Positions 1 to 11,260 of a DNA stretch of 64,000 bases are shown here, piece after piece. The translations under genes and the position numbers were made by a program. The stretch covers positions 248,001-312,000 of the forward strand of contig VRMN01000005.1 of NCBI GenBank assembly GCA_008690995.1, written 5' to 3'. Position 1 is the stretch's first letter. Each line of letters opens with the position of its first letter. This stretch comes from Porphyridium purpureum. Lineage: Eukaryota. The notes below the pieces were generated by a model. That model ran no database searches. It saw only the letters and a list, made by a program, of their open reading frames with translations, and was not told where the DNA came from.

Positions 1-1
1 G

Positions 2-982
2 AAAGAATTAAGGCATTCACTTGACCGTGAGACGATTCTGAAGAATCGATTGAAGGATACTCAAGCGGCGTGGGAGATAGACTTTGTGCGCGAAGTGGCT
101 CTCGGTGAGCGCATCGGGAAGGGTGCGTACAGTGATATTTGGAAGGCAACCTGGCGAGCCTCTGTCGTGGCCTGCAAAGTCTTGCGTGCACAGGACACGT
201 CAGACAAGCGTGTCCGTGAGTTCTATGAGGAAGTCAAATTGACAAGCAAGTTCAGGCATCCAAACATTGTCCTGTTTATGGCAGCGTGCCCGCGCCCGCC
301 GCACTTTTGCATTCTGACCGAGTTCTGTTTTGGCGGAAATGTCTACTCTGCACTTCGCAGGGTGAGTTGGCGCAGACTAGATCATCGCGCGCTGGTCCGG
401 ATTGCGCGCGACATTGCGCGCGGCTTGCTGTACTTGCACGCGTGCAACATAGTTCATCGTGACGTCAAGAGTCAGAACATCTTGCTGGACCGTCCGGTGG
501 AAGAAGGCACACCGGTGGCCAAGATTTGCGACTTTGGATTGAGCCGCGAGCTTGTATGTGGTGCTGATGATGATCCAGACGGTGGAATTATGACCAACGA
601 AACAGGCACGTACCGATGGATGGCGCCAGAAATGATTCGGCACGAGCGCTACAACGAAAAAGTGGACGTATACTCTTATGGAGTCACTGTTTGGGAACTT
701 TTCACGTGCGAATTTCCGTTTGCCAACTTTTCACCAATCCAAGCTGCATTTGCTGTAGCCGATAAGGGCGCGCGTCCCGTTGCACTGACAGAGTATGGGC
801 GTGCCAACCCAATACCGCTTGCTTGGAACGCCCTCATCAATTGGTGTTGGGCCACGCGCCCAGCCGACCGCCCGCGCTTGGACCAAGTCGTTGAAGCACT
901 GAATCGGATGGAGTTTCAGAATCCGGACATTCTGATCCCATCTGTCATCCCCAACAACCACGTGCACCAAACTACATCGTGA
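2..982 (+). CDS. Tyrosine-kinase-like (STY/Raf-like) protein kinase, 5' part outside the window
   Basis: Motifs GKGAYS, VACK, HRDVKSQN, KICDFG, TGTYRWMAPE and DVYSYG. The frame is open from position 2 (KELRHSLDRETILKNRLKD...), so the TTG at 50 is not the true start. Confidence 0.95.
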   Translation, partial: KELRHSLDRETILKNRLKDTQAAWEIDFVREVALGERIGKGAYSDIWKATWRASVVACKVLRAQDTSDKRVREFYEEVKLTSKFRHPNIVLFMAACPRPPHFCILTEFCFGGNVYSALRRVSWRRLDHRALVRIARDIARGLLYLHACNIVHRDVKSQNILLDRPVEEGTPVAKICDFGLSRELVCGADDDPDGGIMTNETGTYRWMAPEMIRHERYNEKVDVYSYGVTVWELFTCEFPFANFSPIQAAFAVADKGARPVALTEYGRANPIPLAWNALINWCWATRPADRPRLDQVVEALNRMEFQNPDILIPSVIPNNHVHQTTS

Positions 983-1229
983 AAAACACTGCGAGCACGA
1001 CATCCGTATAAGATGGAGTCGTGAGACACGTTCTGTCTGATGTGCAGGGCATTTGCGAGCAGAGCAAAAACGAAGAAGTGGTGGAAAGTGAAAGGATGCT
1101 CGCTCGCTTTGTGAAGGAGATATCCATGATTTATTGATTTGATTGACACTGTCATGAGTTTGCGCCGACTGCCGTTGGCTCCAAAGCAAGTCGCGGGATT
1201 TCAAAGCTCAATCAGGGTCTGCCATCATG

Positions 1230-4200
1230 CTAGCGGGAGTCTTGCCCAGGTGAGGCTTTTGATTGCTGGGTCAACTCAAAGCAACGAGCCCGAAGGCCTC
1301 GCTCGCTCTCACTTTCATCATGCAGCCAGTGTCGAGCGCAGAACTCGACCAACTTTAACGATCCGATCATCGCCAGATCCGTCTTTCTGGGCGTCAGGAT
1401 GCGAAGCGCGTCTTCAAGGAAACTCGTCAGCTCTTCATGCGTGAAAGGACAGAGATGTCGGCCGCCGTCGTTGCCCAGCTTAGACAGGGCAAGAAGAAGC
1501 TCGCTTTTTGAAGCAGGCAAGGAAATCAGTCTTCCAGAGCAGAAAGCTGTGCCCGCTTCGACCCACATTCGTCGTATTGCACACCGTAAAACAAGGTGGT
1601 CACTTATCCACTCGATCTCAAGCTTTGCGTGCAAACAGACTTGTGCAACTGCGAGGAGTGCACGGCTTGCAGGCTCAGATAGAGATTGATTCAGTGAGCA
1701 TACAAGCGCAGCGAACGCGTTGATGCAGAGAGCAACAGATTCAAATTCATGGCCTGCCCTCGGATCCGGTTGGTCAGGAAGCTCAAGCACGCTGCCCAGA
1801 TATGTACAAGTCACACTGGCAGCGCGCTCGTCCAGCTCCGCCAAAACGCTGAGCCGCGATGCCAGTGCCGCATAACTGGCCCAATGTTTTGCAACCAGTG
1901 AAGCACACACGCTTGACAGCTGGTTCACATTCCGTGCGCTGAAGCCGAGCTGCTTCCAAGCCTGACACGCGTGGACGACGCCGGACACCAAGGTAGCGAT
2001 GCTCAACCAGAGGAAGGATCTTAGGTCTTCGTGCGTTCCTCCATGTAAATGAACCAAGGCAAGGCGAAAGGACTCGTGCTTCATTGCAAAGTCCTGAAAG
2101 AAGCGAAGGTCAGTCAGATGCTCGTAAGAGTGGGCAGCTCTCACTCCGGTCTCGAGCACAGAACTGAGCGTGCACGCGACCATGAAGGAGTGTTCTTCAA
2201 CCCTATCAAAGGCATCGTGTGCCCGCGATTCCCGAGAGGGATTTTCTTCAGTCAAAAGGTCTCTGCGATCGTCACGGCAGTCAGCCAGCCAACCCGCCAA
2301 CTCGAAATGCAGAAGCATTACGTATTTTCTTAGGCCCGGAGCGTCCCATCCGGACAAGAACTGCTGAGGGATGTTCAGAACCGCCTGCAAGACGAGCATT
2401 AGTCTCCTGCGCACCAAATTTGAGGTCTCTCGATTGTGCAATTTGGGAAAGGGCCGCAGCACGTTCAGATCCAACGCACACTCCTCGCAGTCCATGTGAG
2501 CGTAGCTTTGTACTAGGTCAAGCACGCAATTTAGAATTGATGCTGTCTGAGCTTCGTCTTGTTCCGTCTCTAACAGCTGTGAGCAAGTCCAGAGCATAGA
2601 AATACGTGGCTGCCAGCCATCAAGTATGACCATCTTGCATGGGCGCTCGAGTACACCCCATTGCAACACGATATTGATTCCCAAATCAAATCTGGTCTTT
2701 TCATCACTGAGCACGTGAAGTGACAGTGCCATAAACCGTTCCCATTCTTCAGGTGCCCATGCTGTCCACATGCATGATACCAAGCCGTCAGACAGAAACG
2801 ACACTATGACGTCGAATACAGCAGGTGCCAGCGACCGTACATGTTGGAACGTATTGGCGGCCACAGAGATAAGCGCTACGGCAAGCAGACGCGCTTTGCT
2901 TTCATCCTTGTCTAGAGCTTTCGGCAGCCACACTCCACGCTTTTTCATCATTCGCAAGACCGTCGTCTGCAAGAACTGATCGCCCAGGTCTTGTTGTTGT
3001 GCTGAATGCGACATGGAAAGATCCACGAAAAGCCATGAGACAAGCATGTTGTCAAAATCGTGCTCGTCTTTTGCAGAAAGACTTAGAGAAGATACGAAGG
3101 TCTCAAATGTTGCCGCAACCGACAGGACGAAATGCTCCCTATGAAAGCACGCACTTATCCTAGGATTCTCATTGGTCAATACCTTGTACATAGCATGAGC
3201 TCGGGAAAGCTGCCCATTTTGCGTACGAGAAAAGCAGGAGCGGCGCGTGCACAAGGAGTAAAACCAATCACCAAACGCTTTTGGGATGGCGAGGGCGCCA
3301 ACCAGGTCAGCAGTCTCATTCAAGAGTTCCCAAAGTGCATCAGCGGCTTCGTCTGGCGCGGCACGGAAGAGAGCATCCAAGCCTTCGTCTGATACAATAT
3401 TGTGCAGGCAAGAGAGAATACCGAAAACCAAGCACACATCGCTCTCGTTTCCAAGCGAGAAAAAGGCGTTCGACTGCAAAGTGATGCAAATGACCGACTG
3501 CATCAGACGAACAAAGACTGGCGCAAAGCTTGTCTGATAATGCTGCGCCACATCAATTTCTGCGAAGGACTTGGCATGTACAACAAGGTGCTTTAACAGC
3601 TCCGTGATACTGCGATGAGGGCGAAACCATGAAAGAAGTCGATGCACGCATCTTAGAACTGCACAAACACGAACTGTAGTTTGTGCACAGGCTGGTGACG
3701 TGGCGCCTGCGTTACTACTCAAGACCGTGATACCGCACAAGATCACCTGTTCGACGATTGCGTCACAAACCCAGCCTATTCTGACTCCAAATGCAAGATG
3801 ACATAGCTCCAGGACGTCCAATGACGCCGCAGTCTCAAAAGCACCGAACACAAGTGGAGCAAAGAGCTCGAGCGTAGCTTCAAAGTGGGTCCTGGACTTT
3901 GTGGCAAATGAGCATAAAATGTGACAGCAGCTGTGCAAGGCTCCAATGTCTGCGTCACTCGTTCCAGAGAGGAGGACGCGGAACGCTTCAAAACAAAAGT
4001 CGAGCATGCCGGCTGAGCAGAGCACATCTGAAAATGAACCAGAACCGAAAAACCCTGGCATATCAAACTTATCGACATGACCGGCTCGGTCGAGCAGAAC
4101 GCTCAAAAGTTCAAGAGCCTCAGCGCGCGACCCCTCCGATGACCCAGCAATTGTACTTGTTAAGAGATTAATGATGCCAGATTGCACTGGTTGCGATAGT

Positions 4201-5162
4201 AACCATTGTACTATCTGCTCCAAGGCGCCAACACCAACTAGCTTGCGTAAAAACCCAAGCATCGCCGTTTTGGACTCGTCATTCTTAAACCTCAGGGCGC
4301 CTTCCAGATTTATGGCTTTGAACAGAGGTTCAAGAGCATCTCTCAACTCGTCGCCAAGTTCAGTCCTGCCCGAGCTCACGCACAGGAGCACAGAAGTACA
4401 GCACTTTATCGCAAGTGGAAAGTCCGGAGACGACATATGACACGCGGCTGCAATATCATTCCACAGCGTCGAGCTCATCAGATGAGATACGAATATTTTC
4501 GACCGACGCGGAAGGTCACACTCTGCCTTTTCGTGCGAGGATCCGAAAGATGCATTCAGCACGTCATCAACAATGCCCAGGATGACCGTGAGGGCACATA
4601 TTTCGATACCGAGCGAGGGTGTCGCACAGAGGTCGGAACTTGGTGACCATTGGGATGCATCGTGCGCCATTGCAAGCATCTGCTCTGGTACTGCGCTGCA
4701 AATGACGTTTTCCCACTCGAATCTCAAACATTCTCGCAAAAGGGAGGAACAAAGACTTGCAGCCATCAACGCAACGTCCTGTTGCACAGAATCTACCAAT
4801 GCAAGGTCTGTTGCGAGTTCAATTGACGTCGCAAAGACATGCAGTAGAATTGGCCCCGGATCGCCGAGCTTGTCCATCTGCGGAATCATGGCAATCGTTT
4901 CATGCATGGCACGCAGTTTGTCTGCCACAGAGAATGCATTTTCAGTGACGCCAAGCTTCCTCATCCTTCCCTGGCTCTTGCTTCCAAACACTGCAACGCG
5001 ACACATGATACAATACGCATCATCGCTTTCAAGTTCAAGTTCAGGTGTTGGTACCCATCCACCGCGCCGCTGACGGGGATGAACAGGGATCACCACCTCA
5101 TGCACAGAGGGATGCAATTCTATGCATGCCAGCCGCGGCCGGGTGCGGCGTGTCCTCTCCAT
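1230..5162 (-). CDS. Large Leu/Cys-rich alpha-helical (ARM/HEAT-like) protein; possible MEI1/PRD1-like meiotic factor
   Basis: 1310-codon ATG-initiated ORF with an N-terminal H..W..CxxC segment and amphipathic Leu-rich helices. Coding status is well supported; the product is speculative. Confidence 0.75.
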   Translation of the reverse strand: MERTRRTRPRLACIELHPSVHEVVIPVHPRQRRGGWVPTPELELESDDAYCIMCRVAVFGSKSQGRMRKLGVTENAFSVADKLRAMHETIAMIPQMDKLGDPGPILLHVFATSIELATDLALVDSVQQDVALMAASLCSSLLRECLRFEWENVICSAVPEQMLAMAHDASQWSPSSDLCATPSLGIEICALTVILGIVDDVLNASFGSSHEKAECDLPRRSKIFVSHLMSSTLWNDIAAACHMSSPDFPLAIKCCTSVLLCVSSGRTELGDELRDALEPLFKAINLEGALRFKNDESKTAMLGFLRKLVGVGALEQIVQWLLSQPVQSGIINLLTSTIAGSSEGSRAEALELLSVLLDRAGHVDKFDMPGFFGSGSFSDVLCSAGMLDFCFEAFRVLLSGTSDADIGALHSCCHILCSFATKSRTHFEATLELFAPLVFGAFETAASLDVLELCHLAFGVRIGWVCDAIVEQVILCGITVLSSNAGATSPACAQTTVRVCAVLRCVHRLLSWFRPHRSITELLKHLVVHAKSFAEIDVAQHYQTSFAPVFVRLMQSVICITLQSNAFFSLGNESDVCLVFGILSCLHNIVSDEGLDALFRAAPDEAADALWELLNETADLVGALAIPKAFGDWFYSLCTRRSCFSRTQNGQLSRAHAMYKVLTNENPRISACFHREHFVLSVAATFETFVSSLSLSAKDEHDFDNMLVSWLFVDLSMSHSAQQQDLGDQFLQTTVLRMMKKRGVWLPKALDKDESKARLLAVALISVAANTFQHVRSLAPAVFDVIVSFLSDGLVSCMWTAWAPEEWERFMALSLHVLSDEKTRFDLGINIVLQWGVLERPCKMVILDGWQPRISMLWTCSQLLETEQDEAQTASILNCVLDLVQSYAHMDCEECALDLNVLRPFPKLHNRETSNLVRRRLMLVLQAVLNIPQQFLSGWDAPGLRKYVMLLHFELAGWLADCRDDRRDLLTEENPSRESRAHDAFDRVEEHSFMVACTLSSVLETGVRAAHSYEHLTDLRFFQDFAMKHESFRLALVHLHGGTHEDLRSFLWLSIATLVSGVVHACQAWKQLGFSARNVNQLSSVCASLVAKHWASYAALASRLSVLAELDERAASVTCTYLGSVLELPDQPDPRAGHEFESVALCINAFAALVCSLNQSLSEPASRALLAVAQVCLHAKLEIEWISDHLVLRCAIRRMWVEAGTAFCSGRLISLPASKSELLLALSKLGNDGGRHLCPFTHEELTSFLEDALRILTPRKTDLAMIGSLKLVEFCARHWLHDESESERGLRARCFELTQQSKASPGQDSR

Positions 5163-5210
5163 GGTGCTACTGTTGTGCGCTGCGTCGCGGCCGCCGCAAC
5201 CTCTCGCAGC

Positions 5211-6263
5211 CTACTTTGCCAGCACACCGTACTCGCCGCGCTGGTAGGCGCCGATCCAGGCGTTGATCTCGTGCCTATACGACGCTGCGAACGGTCCGTA
5301 ATGAAACACGGGCTCGCGGAGCGGCTCTGACACAAACAGCACAAAACTCGAGTTCAAGTGGCCTGGCACTTCAAGTGCGTCAAGAGAGAGCCGCCTTGTC
5401 TGCTGTGGTTCACTTCCCGAGGTTTGCGCCTCAAAGTAGATACATTCGTGCTCTGAAAAGGTATTGCCCAGGGCGTCAACCAGCGTGCCGCGGTATACGT
5501 ACAGCAGCGCATTGCACTGAGCCGGAATGTCCCAGACGAACGCATCACCGGGAACGACGTCGACATGGAGCAAGCTGGTATGTCTGTTGCCCTCGGGCTC
5601 AAAGGAGAGGCGGCCAGTATGTTCGTTAAACTTGCCGACCACCACGCGCACTAGCGTGTGGTGCGCAGAGCTCGCGAATGTAGTGACCAGGTCGGCGGCG
5701 TCGACAACTTGATAGTAAGGCTCCACGTCCTTGCTGGTCATAGGTAGATTCACCCAGATTTGGAATCCAACAGCTGGTTCTGACGCGCCTGGCATCTCGC
5801 TGTGAATAAGTCCCTTCCCAGCCACAATTTTTTGTGCGCCATGCGCAAAGATCTCGGCGTGTCCGCCGTACGAGTCGCGATGCTTGAAGCTGCCTCGAAT
5901 CTGGTACGACAGCAGCGACTGCCCGCGATGAGGATGTGGCGGAAAGCCGTGTGGTGGACTCACGTGGTAGTGATCAAAGAGCAGTAACGGATCCATCGCA
6001 CGGACAGTCTGCGTGCCCACGCATCGTCGCACGCGTGCGCCATCACCTTCTCTTTGCTCGTTCGCCGTTGCTCTTTGCGCTGGTACCAGAAAGAGAGGAG
6101 CTCTTCCTTCGCCGAAAATCAAGTAACCCGACGCATCATCTACCTCAACCAGCAAGTCCTTCTCAAACTCAGTCGCCGCATTTTCGTGAACTGTCACACA
6201 CGCCAGAACCAAAATGGCCACCACGGCTACCGACATGCCGCAATGCAGACCCGTGCCTCTCAT
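5211..6263 (-). CDS. Pirin-family bicupin with N-terminal hydrophobic signal/anchor
   Basis: DPLLLFDH, GFPPHPHRG, HRDSYG, AGKGLIHSEMP, GFQIWVNLP and C-terminal EPVFHYGPF. The metal ligands HxH and HxE are intact. Confidence 0.93.
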   Translation of the reverse strand: MRGTGLHCGMSVAVVAILVLACVTVHENAATEFEKDLLVEVDDASGYLIFGEGRAPLFLVPAQRATANEQREGDGARVRRCVGTQTVRAMDPLLLFDHYHVSPPHGFPPHPHRGQSLLSYQIRGSFKHRDSYGGHAEIFAHGAQKIVAGKGLIHSEMPGASEPAVGFQIWVNLPMTSKDVEPYYQVVDAADLVTTFASSAHHTLVRVVVGKFNEHTGRLSFEPEGNRHTSLLHVDVVPGDAFVWDIPAQCNALLYVYRGTLVDALGNTFSEHECIYFEAQTSGSEPQQTRRLSLDALEVPGHLNSSFVLFVSEPLREPVFHYGPFAASYRHEINAWIGAYQRGEYGVLAK

Positions 6264-6639
6264 CCTCGAATCGGAAACACACAGAAAAGCAGTCTGAAAA
6301 GCGCTACGAAACGATCAAATGACACCGTTCACGAGACGTGGTGGTGCCGAACACCGGATCTTGACGGGCCGAAGACGCGTGCTAGGCGTCACTTTTACCT
6401 TGTCGCCGGTTCTTTTCCTTCCCATTGGGAAATGAGCTCTAGTCTTCAGACCCATTTGTATCTGTAAACCCTAGAGTCAAGCTTTACGATCGGACTCGGA
6501 AGTGTTACACGTCTTTCGTAGCCTTTGAAATGCTTTATTGGTTGAATGATCCGTTTTACAGGAGACAATCACGTGAGCGTGAGGAATGGTCAGTCCGAAA
6601 GGGGACAGACAGGACACATTTCTGGCAATTATTCACCCA

Positions 6640-7510
6640 TAGAGAGTCGGAATCTATCGCGGGTGTACATGCACGTACGCGTCTCGAACTTGAGCAAAGT
6701 AGAGCATGCGCAAACAACTTGTCGAAGAAAGAGCTTGTGCACAGTCTCCGAAGCCAGTGTGAAGACGATTCGGAGTTCCAGCGCAATCTGGTACTGTTCT
6801 AACCCATTGTACAACGTGCACGCTAGATTCCTGCACAAAACATATCACAAGGTAATAGTCTGGCGAGTAGGCTGCCCAGCCTAGAACCTCCACATCCTCG
6901 TCATAAATTAAAGTCTTCAGCTGGCGGCTGCTTAGTATTGGTGCATTGTCTGACTCAAAAAGCAAGTCCAATGCCGTCACTTGACTACAGGGGTCCAGTA
7001 TACTGTTGTCACGAAGCAAACAAGCTTATTTTACGACCCTACAAGTACCTTCCATGGACTAAAGGTACACCGGTATTTTAATAGAAAGAATGCCTAAAAG
7101 CTTCCACCCACCGCCTCTGGAGAATCGCAACCAAACTATGAGACCGAATCTTGCGCGCTCGAGTCACATCCAGTGGAAAAGATCTGGTCATCCAGGCTGA
7201 ATGCTTTTTTGTTAGCAGTCAGAACGGGGGCGCAAATATTCTGTTACAATTGATGATTTCTAGCCCACGAAAGCTATGGTATGCTGACGATAATTCAGCC
7301 GCTTTAATATCAATTGCAGACGAGTTGGAGTACTGCCGCATTCTTGCTTGACACTCTTTGCTTTCCTGGATTGCTTTCAAACTTTGGTCTGCTGCAGCGT
7401 CATGAACACGCCCCGTCGCGCGGACATGACGCATGGCATGTGTGTTCCGAAGCTTGGTAATGATACAGATCTTCGCTTGGGCTGACTTCAAGAACTTCAA
7501 ATCATTCAAG
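6640..7510 (-). mobile_element. Degenerate Tc1/Tc3-like (IS630-Tc1-mariner) DDE transposase relic
   Basis: Minus-strand fragments in the expected order, broken by stops and frameshifts: NKKAFSLDD (~7187-7213, cf. DEKKFNLDGPD), RGGGWKLLG, FESDNAPI (~6936-6960, cf. FQQDNAPIH), VEVLGWAAYSPD (cf. VLxWPAxSPD) and NLACTLYNG..QYQ..ELR. Confidence 0.7.
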
Positions 7511-8430
7511 TTGCAGTATTTCTACCGCTTTGTACATATCGCAGAAACATAGCGCAAAGCAATGTTCATGAACCTCCTATTAGGTCGCAATGGCTTTGAC
7601 GCCATCGATTGTTTGCTTGAGACCCTGATTGCATTCTAGTTTCCCATTTGAAGGTTCGGCAATGACTTTCTCTACGTATGAATTTGAGCTCTTCCGTAGC
7701 TATGAAGGATAAGGACTTCCCGTCTGAAACTGAAACGCTCGCGTCGGTGTTTTGCTGGGAGGTGGTAGTCATCATCCGTTCTCGACAGATGTGTCTCACA
7801 CTAATGCCTGTAAATGAACGTCAGCACAGTGTTTTGGCAAAAACTTTGAGAAAGGGCATAAAACGATTGCTTCGTATTCCGAATGCCTGTGTTCCGGGAA
7901 AGTATATACGCCATGAGAAAAGGTAAGCTTCCCATCGTCAGTTTCCTGCTCCCTTTATGGGAAGCGTAAGCTCGAGGAATGCACATTACACAATGATAGA
8001 AGCAACAGGAATGACTACCTACCCTTGGCGTTAAACACCACATTTAAACATATTCACCAAATGTCCAGCACCCAATATCCTGATTGGCTTTGTGGCTTTG
8101 TGCCTTTCGCTTGCCATGAACGCGGTGTCCGATTTATTCGCGAAGAGTTTCTTGAACGTATTTGCCATTCACAAAACTATGAACACATTTTCCTGAGCTC
8201 TTGGTTTCCCTAGCTGTGTCCTTCAGTGGTTTTCCATAAGGTATCCGCCTCTGTCTTCCATGGCTCTTCTCTTTCCGATCAAGACCTGACCTTTAGTCCA
8301 AGCAAGTCCGTCGCTTCTCGTTAGCTATACTTTTCGCTAGAGACAGCAAAATACCGAGCGAAATGACAGAGCCCCTTTCATTTCTTCCTCGTTTGAAATT
8401 TTCAAGAATCCTAAGAACCAGATGGATTTA

Positions 8431-8576
8431 TGGGAACTTCTGGAAACTTTTGTAGACTTTTGGAGACTTTTGGATATTTCTGGATATTTTTGAAAATTTC
8501 TAGAATCTCTAGGAAACCTCTGGATATTTCTAGATTTTTCTGAAAACTTTTAGAATCTCGAGGAAACCGCTATAAA
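8431..8576 (+). promoter_or_regulatory. Array of 14 ten-bp degenerate (nnGAAnnTTC) units, heat-shock-element-like, ending in TATAAA
   Basis: tgggaacttc tggaaacttt ... tggatatttc ... tagaatctcg aggaaaccgc TATAAA. It includes an imperfect 50-bp duplication (8471-8520 / 8521-8570). Confidence 0.55.
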
Positions 8577-8649
8577 GGCGAAAATGTGGTGTAATGAATT
8601 TGAGAAGAGACTGTACCGTTCTAGACGAACGAGGTCGAACGGATAACAA

Positions 8650-9270
8650 GCGAAAATTAAATTGACTCGGGTTGCCGTGCACGCATTCATCATCACGTCT
8701 TGCAAAGTTCCACATGCAACCTTCCGTAGACAAATACAGATTGTAGATAGTAGCATTATGAATTGCTGGCTTAAGTGCAAGCGCAGCACTTGTAAATCTT
8801 TCCACGGTCGCGTACTGCCTTTCGCCCTCGAAAACTTTGCCAGCAAGGATACGCGAGACATTGTCAACATTATATTTTCAGTATGGAGTAAACTTCCTTT
8901 TTGCAAACTCTTTCTCTCCTCGTCCTTTTTGTCTCGCCTGCGATCCCGGCAACGTGTCTTTTTGCCTGGCCGCCAACCCTACATCAGATTTACCCGCTTC
9001 GGTTACACCTGGGGTCGGAACCGTTCTGGAGAACGGTGATACAGTTTCGTGTTATGGTTAATGGTTGTTGGGAGTTGGAAACTGTTCAACGAACATCAAT
9101 TGTCAAAGTCTAGTTTCGTTCCAAGTCACTCAAAGACGGAGATGCGCTCCGCTCGGAGAAAGCGCTTGCTCAGGTTGCATTGCTAGGCTTTGCATTATAC
9201 GTTTTCTCAAGCAAATCCAAAGAAAAGTAAGACAATTGCCTTTTCATCAGTTCGCAAATCTTTTCCATCA
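8650..9270 (-). mobile_element. Possible second, highly degenerate Tc1-like transposase relic
   Basis: Weak ordered fragments: TDEK (~9240-9251), LLHTENIMLTMSR (cf. DLNPIENxW..MxR) and AIHNATIYNLYLS (cf. I...I.NL..SM). Confidence 0.3.
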
Positions 9271-11260
9271 CAATCTATGTGTGCTTGTGCTCGTTATCGT
9301 ACGCGGGAATTTGCAAAATTGCGAGCTTCCAAAGTCGCCGATCTTCGGGCTTTGATGCTGCTGACAAGCCTCACCAGCGTCGGAGGCAAGCCCGTGTCAA
9401 GTCGACTTCGAATCCAACACAAAGGGATCCAAGCTCAGCTTTTCTTGAACGTTCCGAGGCTCTCAGCTACCACATTAATTCATAAGCTAGACGAATTTGC
9501 GCTGCGTTGGACTCCAACACATGAAGGGACGTAACAACTGCGTTATGTTTGCATGTCTGCATTCCCTTCTTCCGTCTATTTGCCATTTTCGCCGGTCTTT
9601 TCAATCACTGCCCGCCATGGCCTTAAGCCTCACAATCGGCCCCTTATCTTGCGCTAAGCCTTGCTCCAATCTTTCTCGCGTGTCGTAAAAGTAGAAGACT
9701 TTTGTATTTTACAGCGCTGAGGTCTGTCGAACGCAGAAAAAATCCCACGGCGCTCAAGTACGAACCCGCGGGCCGAAAATCCAACGTTTGCTGCTTAGCC
9801 GTAAAGGCACCTCGCCTGCGTAGCACGCTAATGTTTCTGCTTGCGATCAGCCCTCTCCACCTTTTTGTGCCCTCACCATCTCCGTCGCATTCGATACTCG
9901 TGAGGTATTTGTTTGTCTGGTTCCTACATTCTTTATCTTAAGAATCTCTCTCCGCTGGGATAGTGTTATTACGAGTTTGACATGCCAGCAAACACCTTTT
10001 AGCACCCTCCAGGACTAAATACAGAATTTTCACTCGTGTCATGTGTAGCGAGAAATCTTTACGTTTCGGCAGTCACCGGCGTTTGCCGAATTCCTTTTAC
10101 AATAGGCCCGCCGCAGCTCTGCAAGCGCCCACTGGTAGACAGCTTTCCAGCGCTTCGCGGCGAACGACAGTCAAAACCTGTCAGGCGACTGTCGACAGCT
10201 GTCTGCACTTCCGCACCACAGTACACTGCGTGCGCACAGTGGATCACGGTGTTTCCCCACACCTAGCCTTGTTTCTGGTCCGGACCGTCGCAGAATAAGA
10301 GCAGACACGTGAGGCGAGAAGAAGAAGAGGCACAAGAAATCAGGCAATGATAGAGCAGAAAATCCCATGTCTACCAGGTCTACACGTTGGTCTTTCCGTC
10401 GACAGCCGCAAGGCCGATTTTGACGGGGGGGAAGAGTGATCTATGTTTCATGCAGCGTCAGCTCTCATACCCCCCCAGACACGCTATCCCACGGCGCTCT
10501 AGTACACAAGTTCTGCAAATCCCACCACGCTTTCCAACAACTGCTCTCACTTGTTCTTCCCTTTTATTCTTTCGTGCCTTTACCTGGCTAAATGAAATAA
10601 CAAATCTACCTGGTGGCCTACCCCTCCTTGTATAGCCAAAGCCGGCTCGAGGAAAACACCTCCCCGCAGAAATGGAAGGAAGAAATGTTTCCGCCGACTT
10701 TCGGTACTCCATATCAAAGTATATTACTTTGTTTGCTATCAAGCTTTCAGCTTCCGAATCAGGACGACGGCTTTGTGACCGTCGCTCCCACATTAGCCCT
10801 CCCGAAAACATTCACCAACACTTCTTAGCAACACATCCGCCATGTACACAACCATTATCACATTTTCTTTGTCTCTCGATGCCAGGGAGCTGTACTATTC
10901 ATGCCTTGCCCCGGTTGAAATCAAACCAACCGGGTCGGTGGTACCAACAGGCAAAAAGATATTTCAACGAACAACTTGCCTTTTTTATCCAAGTACGAAA
11001 CTGCGGGCAAGCGAACAGGAACACTTGTTGAGTGTCAGGGTGCGTGCCTGCGCTCGCCGTGCAAATGTCACGGGAGTAGCCCGTGTGTTAAGGAAATGAT
11101 TAAAAATAGCCATAGTCCGTGGCCGGATACCTGGTCGCGCCGGACCCACTGTACTGTAGGTGTACAAGGGGGCGCGTGGTAGGCCTGAAGGCCCCTTCCC
11201 TTAGGGACCAGACGCGCGATGACCACCCAGTATGGAATGGGTGTACAGCCAGGAGGTGGC

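Noticed and set aside
6465..6473. Telo-box-like AAACCCTA (also ~61150)
   Set aside because: Isolated single 8-mers, not an array; cannot be separated from chance.
10458..10811. KVIYFD..GFGYTRRG resembling IS630 transposase motifs
   Set aside because: Two short loose matches only; downstream catalytic motifs not found.
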